Positions 27,842 through 37,210 of a stretch of 53,169 nt of DNA are shown in pieces. This stretch comes from a virus (taxonomy: Duplodnaviria > Caudoviricetes), in IMG/VR virus record IMGVR_UViG_3300032323_000656, positions 1-53,169 of that record. One strand, 5' to 3'. The translations under genes were made by a program, and so were the position numbers. A model generated the notes under the pieces. It searched no databases. It was given only the letters and a program-made list of their open reading frames with translations, and was not told the DNA's origin. Each line of letters opens with the position of its first letter. Within the stretch, counting starts at the first letter, position 1.

Positions 27842-27870
27842 ATTATAGCGCCAGGACCAATTTGTGTCAA
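27842..27870 (-). promoter_or_regulatory. Consensus early promoter TTGACA-N17-TATAAT
   Basis: Perfect hexamers; the -35 abuts the uvsY stop codon. Confidence 0.88.
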
Positions 27871-28332
27871 TTAACCCAAAGTAGTGTCATCCATGCCTGC
27901 TACACGTAGTTTGACAATGTTAGTGATTTGCCATTGTTTAACGTCAATGGCTTTCATTATACCAAGGTACTTATTACGAATCATAGCAAACTCGTTTACA
28001 AGAACTTGCCATTCGACTACTTCGTCGTCACCGTCAACATACTTGTCTGCACTTCTATCACTGAGTGCTCTGTTATAACTTTCGGTATACTTCCTAAACA
28101 TCTCACTTCGTTTTTTTCTTAGTTGGATGTTTAGGAATTCAAGTATAGCCTCGACTTCTTGTAATTGGTTAAATCGGTGTTCTACTATTCCTGGCATAAG
28201 CCTAGAATTTGTTTCTAAGTTACCTTTAATACTAGTTTCAATCCTAGCATCTTGTAACTCAGTTTCAAAGTAGGCTATCGCACCTGGCAACTCGCCTAAG
28301 TTGCCAGTAACACGTCTGTACCAATCGCTCAT
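27871..28332 (-). CDS. uvsY: UvsY-like recombination mediator
   Basis: 153-aa helical protein with KYVDGDDE...KQWQITNIVKLRVAG C-terminus; lies downstream of uvsX. Confidence 0.7.
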   Translation of the reverse strand: MSDWYRRVTGNLGELPGAIAYFETELQDARIETSIKGNLETNSRLMPGIVEHRFNQLQEVEAILEFLNIQLRKKRSEMFRKYTESYNRALSDRSADKYVDGDDEVVEWQVLVNEFAMIRNKYLGIMKAIDVKQWQITNIVKLRVAGMDDTTLG

Positions 28333-28604
28333 TCGTCGTCGTAGTCACTGTCGTAATTGTCTTCTTCGTAATCGTCGTCGTCATCTACAATGTCGTCGGC
28401 GGTATACAAATCTTTAATTACAGTATCTAATGTAGCATCATTGCCAAGAAGTTCTTCTGCAACACTATCCATTTCATAGTGATTTTCCAAACTACGCAAC
28501 AATGCACAAGCGGCATCATAGCGTTCTTTCTTGTCAATATAAGTTTTAACAGTAGACCACACGTCCACAATTAAATTAACTTCTTCATCATGCAGCATCT
28601 TCAA
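28329..28604 (-). CDS. Hypothetical protein with acidic tail
   Basis: 91 aa, D/E-rich C-terminus. Confidence 0.6.
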   Translation of the reverse strand: MKMLHDEEVNLIVDVWSTVKTYIDKKERYDAACALLRSLENHYEMDSVAEELLGNDATLDTVIKDLYTADDIVDDDDDYEEDNYDSDYDDE

Positions 28605-29661
28605 TCTCCTCGCTAGTTGGTTCTGCTGTATTTACATCTGCTGTCAAATCTCTCAGCATAATGTCTGCCATAACTTTGTCCAATAGTTCATTTGTCCAGC
28701 CTTTACGCATGGCCTTAAAGATTTCACCATCTTTAGTTGTATAAAGATAACTATTACCTTCACGCTTGAGGCTACCTTTTTCTTCCAACATATCAAACAA
28801 ACCACTGTAAGGGCTCATGCCTGTTGCATATGGGATCTTGACTTGGACGCTTTCAAAAGGCTTGGCATATCGAGTCTTCATAACTTTACAACTTGCACGG
28901 ATACCCATTACCTGGCTACCTGTCTTGTTACCATCTTCATCTTCTTTGAGCTTGAGCTTACGCATAGCGACTACAATACTGCTGGCATAGATAAAGCCCT
29001 GGCCGCCACTAATCTTGTCATCTGGATCAAACATATCCTGACTAGCGTATGTGTGGTTAGTACACACCATACCAATGTTTAGGTTACCAAACATGTTTAC
29101 ACAGTTACGAACCAATGCTGTCAGCGCCTTAGGCTTACGACCCATGTCACCTTTAAGGTCACCTGCTTCAAACTGGTTAACGTCTGTAGGTGTCAGCAAC
29201 ATACCCAAGCTGTCCACAACGAACAACACTTTAGGACGAGCATCTTCTGGCAAGGCTTTATAGTCTGCAACAAACTTTGTAATTGTTTTTGCCACATCAT
29301 CAATCATGGCCATGTTAAGTTTTAACAATTTACTTTCGTCAGTGTCGACTCCAAGTGCATGAAGCCATGCTTCGTCTAGAGCGTTTTCACTGTCGATAAG
29401 CACTACATAAATGCCCTGCTCTTGTGCGTGACGAATTAGGTTACCTGAACAGATATAACTTTTACCGGCACCAGATTCTCCGGCAAACACAGTAACCTTA
29501 CCCATGGGCACACCTTTGAAAAAGTCGCCACTGATCAAATAGTTCAGTGTATAGTTACCTGTGCTGATCCAATCTGTGGGATCGTTGAAACCGATGCTAA
29601 GGCCTTCGATGCTCTTAGTGATTTCTTTTCTAAATTTACTTACGTCAAATGGTTTTGTCAT
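28588..29661 (-). CDS. uvsX: UvsX/RecA-like recombinase
   Basis: STG..LN..ISG, GESGAGKS, DSENA, VVDSLG, NHTY, SGG motifs. Confidence 0.93.
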   Translation of the reverse strand: MTKPFDVSKFRKEITKSIEGLSIGFNDPTDWISTGNYTLNYLISGDFFKGVPMGKVTVFAGESGAGKSYICSGNLIRHAQEQGIYVVLIDSENALDEAWLHALGVDTDESKLLKLNMAMIDDVAKTITKFVADYKALPEDARPKVLFVVDSLGMLLTPTDVNQFEAGDLKGDMGRKPKALTALVRNCVNMFGNLNIGMVCTNHTYASQDMFDPDDKISGGQGFIYASSIVVAMRKLKLKEDEDGNKTGSQVMGIRASCKVMKTRYAKPFESVQVKIPYATGMSPYSGLFDMLEEKGSLKREGNSYLYTTKDGEIFKAMRKGWTNELLDKVMADIMLRDLTADVNTAEPTSEEIEDAA

Positions 29662-29917
29662 TTTGCTCTTCCTTTTGTTCTATTTTATATACTTCCAGCA
29701 TCCTTGTCAAGGGTTCCATTTGTTCTTGAAAGACTTCAGGGCTAGCATCTGCCGCACGTTTCATATCCCAACTATTGGGAAAGTGTCTAGCGATAGAATA
29801 AGCTTCACGTCTAACTTCTTTGGAAATCCTAGGATACTTTTTAGTATTGTGGGCAAGTTCTTGTAAGAACCTTTCTGCCCACAGTACAGCACGATATCTT
29901 TCGTCTGGTAATGTCAT
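29645..29917 (-). CDS. BPSL0761-like small protein
   Basis: Start reassigned to MTLPDERYRAV...FL.EL...VR.EA...RHFP. Confidence 0.5.
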   Translation of the reverse strand: MTLPDERYRAVLWAERFLQELAHNTKKYPRISKEVRREAYSIARHFPNSWDMKRAADASPEVFQEQMEPLTRMLEVYKIEQKEEQNDKTI

Positions 29918-30024
29918 TTTATCTTCTCTACTAAATGATAGTAAGTATTTCTTCTGCATAGAAGAACCCGGGCGATACAATAACCATTTACCGGTTAGTT
30001 ATCGCAGAGGCCCGGGCCATTACA

Positions 30025-31038
30025 TTACTTTTGTTGACGATTACGGATCATCGCAAGAATATCGTTGACATTCTTTTTACCTTCTGGTGCAGGAGCGTTA
30101 TCTGCTTCAAAAGGTGCGTCATCTTCATCGTCTACAACCGCTGGCTTTGCGGCTGCTACTGGAGTAGGACGAGCTGCTGGTGCTGGTGCTTTGAAACTTG
30201 CTTCTGCGGCATCAACATCTGATGCTACACCCAAGTTACCAAGATTTACACCTGCTGGCTTGAAGTACTGACCCCAACGCTTAGGATCATACAACTCGCC
30301 GTCGACGCTGGCTTTGAACATGTCATAAATGACTTCAACTTCTTCTTTAGTTGGCTTCTTAGGCATAAAGTCATTTAGATTGTAAAGACCATACTTGGCA
30401 ATTGCTTCAAGTTCTGTCTCATTAAGGCCACGCTCTTTACGAGCAAAACTACTTGTACTGTAGTCTGCGTATTGACCTTTTGTTGTTTTTGTTAGACGGA
30501 AGTCTGTACCGTTTTCATAATCTGTGAACAGATTATCCATTTCTGGATCCATCAATGCACCTTTAACAATGTTAAAGATACTTGGGTTGATAATCAATCT
30601 ACGGATCGGATTCTCTGGCTGAGCATCTTCTTGTAGTTTTGTATCTACAACAAAGCCTTGGAATACATAGGACTTCTTCTTCCAGTATTTACGACCCAAG
30701 TCTTCCAAAGAACTATCCTTAAACCAAGGACGAATCTCTGCGTGGATAGGGCAAGTCTCTTTCCACATTTCCATACATGGAACTGTTACAGTTACACGTT
30801 TACTTTCGTCGCCGCCTAGAACACCTGCGAACTCTAGTCGGATCATTTGACGCTCACGCCATGGGAAAGTATTAGTGTCGTCGCCATCTGGGAGAAAGCG
30901 TAGTACTGTTGTTGAGTTTTCGGGGATATTCCAGAACGGAAAGATTCCGTTGTCTCCGCCACCTTGTTGTTTGTTACCGCTTTGACGGTTTTCTTGCTCT
31001 AATAGACGAGCACGGATTTCTGCTAATGATGTTGCCAT
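30025..31038 (-). CDS. Single-stranded DNA-binding protein (gp32-like)
   Basis: LRFLP, C..M..E.CPI, GTDFRL.K..KG.YADYS.S.F motifs; acidic/Ala-rich tail. Confidence 0.9.
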   Translation of the reverse strand: MATSLAEIRARLLEQENRQSGNKQQGGGDNGIFPFWNIPENSTTVLRFLPDGDDTNTFPWRERQMIRLEFAGVLGGDESKRVTVTVPCMEMWKETCPIHAEIRPWFKDSSLEDLGRKYWKKKSYVFQGFVVDTKLQEDAQPENPIRRLIINPSIFNIVKGALMDPEMDNLFTDYENGTDFRLTKTTKGQYADYSTSSFARKERGLNETELEAIAKYGLYNLNDFMPKKPTKEEVEVIYDMFKASVDGELYDPKRWGQYFKPAGVNLGNLGVASDVDAAEASFKAPAPAARPTPVAAAKPAVVDDEDDAPFEADNAPAPEGKKNVNDILAMIRNRQQK

Positions 31039-31117
31039 AATGTTTTTCCTTTATAAAATGCCAGGGTTTAAAAAAGTTTGTTGCCTGGAACACAAGATAC
31101 TCTCATCTTGTGAACGT

Positions 31118-31147
31118 AGTATAGCAAACTATTGCTTGCTATGTCAA
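31118..31147 (-). promoter_or_regulatory. sigma70-type promoter TTGACA-N18-TATACT for gp32
   Basis: Hexamers at 31142-31147 and 31118-31123; hairpin CAACAGCAATT...AATTGCTGTTG (31145-31180) overlaps the -35. Confidence 0.7.
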
Positions 31148-31194
31148 CAGCAATTTAACCTTTTGGATGAATTGCTGTTGAATTTATTTAGTCT

Positions 31195-32463
31195 TTATTT
31201 CAATATTTCTTTTAAGTCGAAACGAGCCATAACGGATTCAAATACTTGATCCACTGTGTTTAATTGATGTACCAATTTGTATTCGGATTCTTTAACAGAA
31301 CTCTTGCTAATAATGCTACGAGTTAAGTTTTCAACGTCCATAGCATCCAATTTACCTTCTTGTACATAACCAGCTACACGAGTTAAACCTACTCGAACTT
31401 GTTCATCTTCTAATACTGGTAGAACCAAATTAATTAGTTGTGTTGTGTTAACTGTTGGGCTTTCGTAGACCATCATACTCATCATATCTAAATCTGGAAG
31501 AGCACTAACTTGGATTGATGTTGATTCTTCTACTTGTTGTTTTAATGTGTCAAATTCTTGTTTAGCTTCCATTTGTTGTTGATATTGTTTTACGTAGCCA
31601 TTTAATTTTGGTAATAGTGCGCCAATGCTTTCGTCAAATACGTTTTTAGTTAGTTTTTCTTGTAGTGCTTCCAGATTTGTTTCGTCGGCTTCTGCTCGAT
31701 CTTCCATGAACTTAGCAGGGTTGTATCTACCTAACAAGCCTTTAATTTCGCTTAGACGTTGAGTAACTGCAAACTGTACATCGCCGGCTTGTTCTTGTAA
31801 ACCTTGACTTTTAATGTACTTGGATACTTGCGAAAGTTGATTGCGTTCTTCGCTCAATCCAATAATCTTTTGACCAACTTCATCATAGGGTGTGCCGCCT
31901 TCAGCCACATGCTGAGTCATAATACGAGCACCTGTCAAGTGATTGTGTGGGTACTTGAATCGCTCACCTTGGGCATTTTCAATAAACAATGCACTGATAT
32001 TGCGACTGCGACTGCCACGAACTTCTTCGTTAACAGCGGTATTATGTCTGATGATTAGTTTAGCACCTTCTGTTTGTTGGTAACTAGTTTTAGTTGAACC
32101 CATTGTTGGGCTTAAACTCTCTTGGACTTTTGCCATATTCTCTACATCCTTTAATTCTATTTCTTTACCTGTGTAAGGTATAAGGTCTACATTTATAATA
32201 AATTTCTTAGCGATACCATTACGAACTGTTTGTTCTAATCGTTTTAATTTTTGTCGATCTGTAGTTTCGCCATATTTAATTTGAATGATGTTATTCTTTT
32301 CGTCTAATATTATTGTAAACTTTTGATCTTTACTATAAAAACTTCGTCCTTTGTTGCCATTGGCAGTTTGACGACCATCTTTATCGAATACAATAATGTC
32401 GTGCCCGAACCCTTTGAGTTGGTCAAATATTCTATCAGCAACTGTGTTATAATCTATAGCCAT
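31195..32463 (-). CDS. Hypothetical virion/head-associated protein
   Basis: 422 aa; late promoter TAAATA at 32469-32474. Confidence 0.6.
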   Translation of the reverse strand: MAIDYNTVADRIFDQLKGFGHDIIVFDKDGRQTANGNKGRSFYSKDQKFTIILDEKNNIIQIKYGETTDRQKLKRLEQTVRNGIAKKFIINVDLIPYTGKEIELKDVENMAKVQESLSPTMGSTKTSYQQTEGAKLIIRHNTAVNEEVRGSRSRNISALFIENAQGERFKYPHNHLTGARIMTQHVAEGGTPYDEVGQKIIGLSEERNQLSQVSKYIKSQGLQEQAGDVQFAVTQRLSEIKGLLGRYNPAKFMEDRAEADETNLEALQEKLTKNVFDESIGALLPKLNGYVKQYQQQMEAKQEFDTLKQQVEESTSIQVSALPDLDMMSMMVYESPTVNTTQLINLVLPVLEDEQVRVGLTRVAGYVQEGKLDAMDVENLTRSIISKSSVKESEYKLVHQLNTVDQVFESVMARFDLKEILK

Positions 32464-32484
32464 ACATTTATTTACCTATTTTAA

Positions 32485-34020
32485 TTAAATTATTCCAATT
32501 GGCATTGGCTGTAAATAATCATTGCTATTTCGCTCAACGAGAGTATTATATGTAGTTTCATCGTACTTCATAACATATTCGATGAGTCTAACTGCTAGAA
32601 TAGTGCCCATAACTAAGTCATCTGTTTCGCCTTCTTTGGCAGCAAAACTAGCGCCGTGAGCAACAAAAGTTTTTAGTTCTTGAACCAAACTCTTGCTCTT
32701 TGGGTGCATCTTATTGCTTTCGATATAGTACTTTAATTTAGTACATGCGGCTAACTTACTTTTATTTGTTGTGTTAAAGCCTCGACGTTTACCGCCGGCT
32801 TCGCTGATAAAATGCCCTGCTATGCGTTCTTCGCCATATTCTTGAATAGCAACTAAGGCAGCTTCTCCTAGAGTGTTATTTTCCACACTCCAATATATAT
32901 TATCATTACTTACGCCCTTTTCACGTAACCAATCAAGTATGGATACAAAATTTCTAAGTTGTCCTCGAATATCTGTTTTGTTATGTTGCCACTCTGCTAC
33001 TTGCACTAAATCTGGCAAGCTAAAAATCTCAATAGCGGCTGCATCTCCACCTGTACCTAGACTAGGATCCCATGCCGCTACATATATCTTATCTTTGTCT
33101 ATGGGAGTATAAACTCGTAACTGCCCTATGCGTTCATATGGATCTTCGCCTTGTAAGTTAGTTAAAACTAAACTGCTGATCAGTGTTTCGTCTGCTGTAA
33201 TGAACAAGCATTCGTGTTCACGCATAAAACGTTCTGTACCAATCTTACTACGTTCATGATCTGCCCATGCTTCATCTCTGTCAGGATGGTCGCTCCAAAT
33301 GTACTTGATGCTCTTGAAACCATTCTTACCAACTTCTTTTGTATTTCCATACTCGTCAAAGTTTTTAATAGCATCGTTCCAAATCTGTGCGAACTGGTCG
33401 TTGTCTTGGTTAGGTGTACTTGTAATAATACACTTACCACCTGTTGATAGTGTAGGGCTCAGTGCTGTCCAGAATTCTTTTGCGATACGTGGCGGAACGA
33501 ATGCAAACTCATCCAAGTATACTAATGTAATACTCATACCACGACCAGTGTTTTCTGTTGTTGTAGCACTGACAATACGACTGCCGTTGTCAAAGTCAAT
33601 ACTACCTTTATTATAACTTACTGCACCTGCTTTAATCCATTCAGGTAAACTTTCATACATGAAACGCACACGTTGCATAATTTCCTGTGAGCCTGTGTAT
33701 TTGTGTGCAGCAATAAGGATTGTACTGTCTGGGACAAACATTGCAAACCATAATAAGTAGCCTGCGGCACAAGTACTCTTACCCATCTGTCTACCAAGCA
33801 TATTGATACTATACTTGTGATTTTGGTAAGCGTTGATTAAGTCTATTTGATAATCGTAGAGTTCAAACTTAACACGACCCTTTGTAGGGTGTTGAATCCA
33901 CATATACTCGCTGATAAAGTATATAGGATCAGTAGCGGATTTTACAATTTCCGCTATCTGATTCTCTGTATAACTTTCTTTTTTGTACGGTTGTTTAATT
34001 AAAACCGGAGTGCCGCTCAT
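32485..34020 (-). CDS. Terminase large subunit (gp17-like)
   Basis: LYDYQ, RQMGKST, LDEFAF, STPN ATPase motifs; RNase H-like DPS.G.GGD, ENN, DDLVM. Confidence 0.96.
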   Translation of the reverse strand: MSGTPVLIKQPYKKESYTENQIAEIVKSATDPIYFISEYMWIQHPTKGRVKFELYDYQIDLINAYQNHKYSINMLGRQMGKSTCAAGYLLWFAMFVPDSTILIAAHKYTGSQEIMQRVRFMYESLPEWIKAGAVSYNKGSIDFDNGSRIVSATTTENTGRGMSITLVYLDEFAFVPPRIAKEFWTALSPTLSTGGKCIITSTPNQDNDQFAQIWNDAIKNFDEYGNTKEVGKNGFKSIKYIWSDHPDRDEAWADHERSKIGTERFMREHECLFITADETLISSLVLTNLQGEDPYERIGQLRVYTPIDKDKIYVAAWDPSLGTGGDAAAIEIFSLPDLVQVAEWQHNKTDIRGQLRNFVSILDWLREKGVSNDNIYWSVENNTLGEAALVAIQEYGEERIAGHFISEAGGKRRGFNTTNKSKLAACTKLKYYIESNKMHPKSKSLVQELKTFVAHGASFAAKEGETDDLVMGTILAVRLIEYVMKYDETTYNTLVERNSNDYLQPMPIGII

Positions 34021-35003
34021 TTGCCTGCTTTAAAGTTTTTGTAGTCCTCGAACATGCGTTGTTCGTTCATCGGATTATCGGCACTGGCTCGTGTACCTGG
34101 ATAGTTTGGCTTACCTGCTCCTGTGCCTTTTTGTCCCCAATCACGGATATCGCCGAACGCTTGCGGGTCACGAGCTTTAGTATTGTCCGGGGTATTTTCA
34201 TAACCAGACTCTTCTACTTCTTGTGGTACTTCTTTTTTACTTACGTCGGCACCTTTGTTAACACCGGCCAACTTCATGATGTGAATAATTTCATCAGGCA
34301 TGTCAGTTGTCATTTGTAAATTATTTTCACCATTTTGAATACTTAATGTGTAAGTAGCTTTTGGTTCTTCTGCTGCCGTAGGCATTTCAGGTTGAGCCAT
34401 TTCTGGTTCGGCTTCTGGATTACCCGTAACTTGAATTGGACTTGCCATATTGCTAACTGCTGACATTGGACTCATTTCTGCGCCCATTGGCATATCACAT
34501 TCATTTACTTTATATTTTTTACCACCGACTTCGAATTCTTCTTCACCTGCATCTTTGGCTGCTTTTAATGCGCCACTGAATTCATTGCCTTCTTCGACTT
34601 CATCTTCTTCAATCTTCGCTTCTTGAATACCTGCATATCTGCGTAACAAATCTAATGCACTTTCTTTTACTTCTTCTTCACTGGGCTTCTTACCTGTTTG
34701 TGGTACGCCAGCTTTCTTTTGCATGTCTTTGATTAGGTCTTCGTCGTCGCCGTGACCTAATGTATCTAGAGCTTTTTTACCAAATGCTTTTAACTTGTCC
34801 ATTGCGCCTTCATCGACTTCTTCTTTATCGTCTTTTTTGTCAGCCCAATCTGGAATACCATCTTTGTCAGCATCTGGCTTTTTACTTTCTTCTACTGCAC
34901 AGTCACCTTCGTGAACTTTGTCGCAGTCAGAGCATTTTTCTTCTGCTTCGGTAACTTGACCAATGTTGCTTAGTCTTTTGATTAAATCTTGTAAACTGTT
35001 CAT
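34017..35003 (-). CDS. Acidic prohead core/scaffold-like protein
   Basis: Low-complexity E/K-rich protein with repeated EV(D/K/E)E(G/S) and LxxxAG(I/V) motifs. Confidence 0.5.
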   Translation of the reverse strand: MNSLQDLIKRLSNIGQVTEAEEKCSDCDKVHEGDCAVEESKKPDADKDGIPDWADKKDDKEEVDEGAMDKLKAFGKKALDTLGHGDDEDLIKDMQKKAGVPQTGKKPSEEEVKESALDLLRRYAGIQEAKIEEDEVEEGNEFSGALKAAKDAGEEEFEVGGKKYKVNECDMPMGAEMSPMSAVSNMASPIQVTGNPEAEPEMAQPEMPTAAEEPKATYTLSIQNGENNLQMTTDMPDEIIHIMKLAGVNKGADVSKKEVPQEVEESGYENTPDNTKARDPQAFGDIRDWGQKGTGAGKPNYPGTRASADNPMNEQRMFEDYKNFKAGK

Positions 35004-35014
35004 AATATTTTTCC

Positions 35015-35644
35015 TTATTTCTTAGCAATCACTGGACCGCGATTAGCCACTGGACTTTTTTTATTAGTTGTTGCGCTGTCACCAATCTCTGGTGTGCTTG
35101 CAGGAACGTCTGGATCTTTTGCGACTTTAGGAGTTTTAATTTCCTTCTTTTTGCTATCGCTGATCTTTTTAAGTTCTTTTAGTAAACTGTTGTTAAATTT
35201 GTCTCCAAATACTTCAGTGGCTTTAACATCGCTGCCTTCACTTTTATCGTAGTCGGCGCCTAATTTTACTTTATATTCTTCTTTTTTATTTTGAAATTTT
35301 TCTTCTTCTTGTTCTATTTCTCTATCTTCATTAGCACCGCGAACTACTACTAGTCCTTCGCTAACGTTTAACAATCTTGCTAGTTCTTGTTTAAGCATTT
35401 CATTGCTTACTGGTAAGTTACAAGTAAAGTCGATAATGTAAATCTCACCCATATCCAAGTTAGGAAAGTCTAATGGACGGGCTTGTAAAATTGTTTTGCT
35501 TGGACTAGAGATTTTTTCAGCATCATACTTTTGCAAGTGACGTTCAATCTTATCCATCATTTCGTCTGTGACTTCGCAGGCGAATTTAACACGCACTTCG
35601 TGCTTTTCTTTTAGTTGTTCAATATATTCAAATAGAGTAGGCAT
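35015..35644 (-). CDS. Hypothetical head-associated protein
   Basis: 209 aa; GGAG RBS; late promoter ~35663-35670. Confidence 0.6.
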   Translation of the reverse strand: MPTLFEYIEQLKEKHEVRVKFACEVTDEMMDKIERHLQKYDAEKISSPSKTILQARPLDFPNLDMGEIYIIDFTCNLPVSNEMLKQELARLLNVSEGLVVVRGANEDREIEQEEEKFQNKKEEYKVKLGADYDKSEGSDVKATEVFGDKFNNSLLKELKKISDSKKKEIKTPKVAKDPDVPASTPEIGDSATTNKKSPVANRGPVIAKK

Positions 35645-35661
35645 TTGGTTTCTCCGATACT

Positions 35662-36156
35662 TTATTTATCTTTGTTTTTAAGGTTCTGGCTAATTAGGTT
35701 AAGGATAGCATTGCGATCCGTAGTTAAATCACCTAAACCTTGTGGACCGTTGGGTTCGTCGGGCTTGGCTGTTTGAGCTAGTTTAGCTGCCTTTAACTGT
35801 AGATCAATCATCTTTAACTTCTTATCTAATTTAGCTGTTTTAGCAGTAATGGCATTATTCATCATAGTACTGGCTACTTCAAATACTTTGCCAGCATTTC
35901 TGTCGTCCATATTGTAACCAAGATCCATTAAGCGTTCAAAACTCTCCATAGCACGATCAGCATATTCATCCAAATCTCTATCTTCTACATCCAACCCTCT
36001 GACTGTGGGCAGTGCTTGATCGATTCTATCTGCTATAGTTAATTGTTCATGTACTAACGCTATAGTAGTTTCTATTGGTTGTGTAGGTTCCGGCGTCAAA
36101 GGCAGTTGATCTTCTGTGCTGTCTACATTAAAAAAGTCTTCAAGTTTTTTAGTCAT
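35662..36156 (-). CDS. Terminase small subunit (putative)
   Basis: 164-aa helical protein with a gp16-like layout, upstream of the large subunit. Confidence 0.55.
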   Translation of the reverse strand: MTKKLEDFFNVDSTEDQLPLTPEPTQPIETTIALVHEQLTIADRIDQALPTVRGLDVEDRDLDEYADRAMESFERLMDLGYNMDDRNAGKVFEVASTMMNNAITAKTAKLDKKLKMIDLQLKAAKLAQTAKPDEPNGPQGLGDLTTDRNAILNLISQNLKNKDK

Positions 36157-36617
36157 CTTTTTTTCGTTCTTTTGGCAGTTGTTCGCGGTTGCCAGTTATT
36201 GTATATATCTTCTTCGGTAAGTATTCTAAACTTCATGCCGTGTTTTTGACACCATGCTCTGCAGGCTTCCCATTTGGCCATATTTAACACCACTGCGGCT
36301 TTTTCTTGCTGGGTATTTGCTTCTTCTAATCTAGCTTGTTTACGTGGCTTAACTTCGATGATCTCGCTGATCTTATTACCTGCTTTGTCTTGGTAAGTGA
36401 TCAAGAAGTCTGGATAATATGTCGTATCTTTGCCTGTAAACGGGTTACGATAAGGTATACGTAAACTTTCACTAGCCCAGCCGATAACTGCCGGATGGTT
36501 ATCGCAGAACCTCATTACTGTTAATTCCCAACTGCTACGATACTTTGGGCTATTACTACCAATATATTTGCTTGGGTTGGTAGGAGTAAAGAATCCTTGA
36601 GTAAAGTTATAAGCCAT
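36153..36617 (-). CDS. Head completion nuclease (gp4/TnsA-like)
   Basis: P.NPSKY.G, YRSSWE, WASE, YYPDF, EVKP, KWEA motifs. Confidence 0.88.
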   Translation of the reverse strand: MAYNFTQGFFTPTNPSKYIGSNSPKYRSSWELTVMRFCDNHPAVIGWASESLRIPYRNPFTGKDTTYYPDFLITYQDKAGNKISEIIEVKPRKQARLEEANTQQEKAAVVLNMAKWEACRAWCQKHGMKFRILTEEDIYNNWQPRTTAKRTKKR

Positions 36618-36622
36618 TTTTA

Positions 36623-37207
36623 TTATATACCGTCGCCACCACCAAAGCCGCTGCCGTCGCCGCCTCCATCACCGCCTCCATCACCGCCGCCGAAACCACT
36701 GCCATCACCACCTGCTCCTGCATCAGAACCTGCGTCTGTTGGGCTACTATCGCTTGGTGCAGCCGTTGTAGTTGTTGTAGTTGTGGTCGTGGGTGCTTCA
36801 GTTGTAGTAGTTGTTGTAGTTGTAGTCGGTGCGGCCGTTGTAGTTGTTGTAGTTGTAGGTGCAGCCGTTGTAGTTGTTGTAGTTGTAGTCGTAGTCGGTG
36901 CCGGAGTTGTAGTTGGGTAAATATTATAACTTGGTAATTGCTGAGATATAGATGATGGAATATTATCTTGATCCAAAAAACCCAATTGACTACTATTTGT
37001 TCTTCTATTATTTAATTGCTTATAAACATCGTTTTCAAATCGTAATCCATCAGCAGTAACATATTTTAGAAGCTCACTAATACTGATATCTAAATCTTTC
37101 GAGAGCTGATACAATGTTTTGGCCAGTTCCTTGGCATGTTCAGTCGTAAAATTTAAAAATAATAATTTCCCGTAAATTACGTCATATTGTGAAGATTCCA
37201 AAGCCAT
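36623..37207 (-). CDS. Tail-region protein with mucin-like Thr/Pro and Gly/Asp C-terminal extension
   Basis: ~95-aa globular N-terminus followed by (T)nAAP repeats and GGDG repeats. Confidence 0.65.
   Translation of the reverse strand: MALESSQYDVIYGKLLFLNFTTEHAKELAKTLYQLSKDLDISISELLKYVTADGLRFENDVYKQLNNRRTNSSQLGFLDQDNIPSSISQQLPSYNIYPTTTPAPTTTTTTTTTTAAPTTTTTTTAAPTTTTTTTTTEAPTTTTTTTTTAAPSDSSPTDAGSDAGAGGDGSGFGGGDGGGDGGGDGSGFGGGDGI
36626..36916. repeat. Intragenic tandem repeats (about 5 copies of GGTGC.GCCGTTGTAGTTGTTGTAGTTGT; CCGCC/CCATC repeats)
   Basis: Visible in the sequence; encodes the poly-Thr and GGDG tracts. Confidence 0.85.
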
Positions 37208-37210
37208 ATA

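Noticed and set aside
1501-34020. Introns or inteins in nrdA, nrdB, helicase, uvsX or terminase
   Set aside because: All are continuous ORFs of ordinary length with motifs in the expected order
36757-36916. Tandem repeats as a possible CRISPR array
   Set aside because: No unique spacers; repeats are in-frame codon repeats inside a CDS; no cas operon
36597-36920. Plus-strand 107-aa Pro/Val-rich ORF
   Set aside because: Antisense mirror of the Thr/Gly repeat gene; lacks stops only because of low complexity; no RBS or promoter
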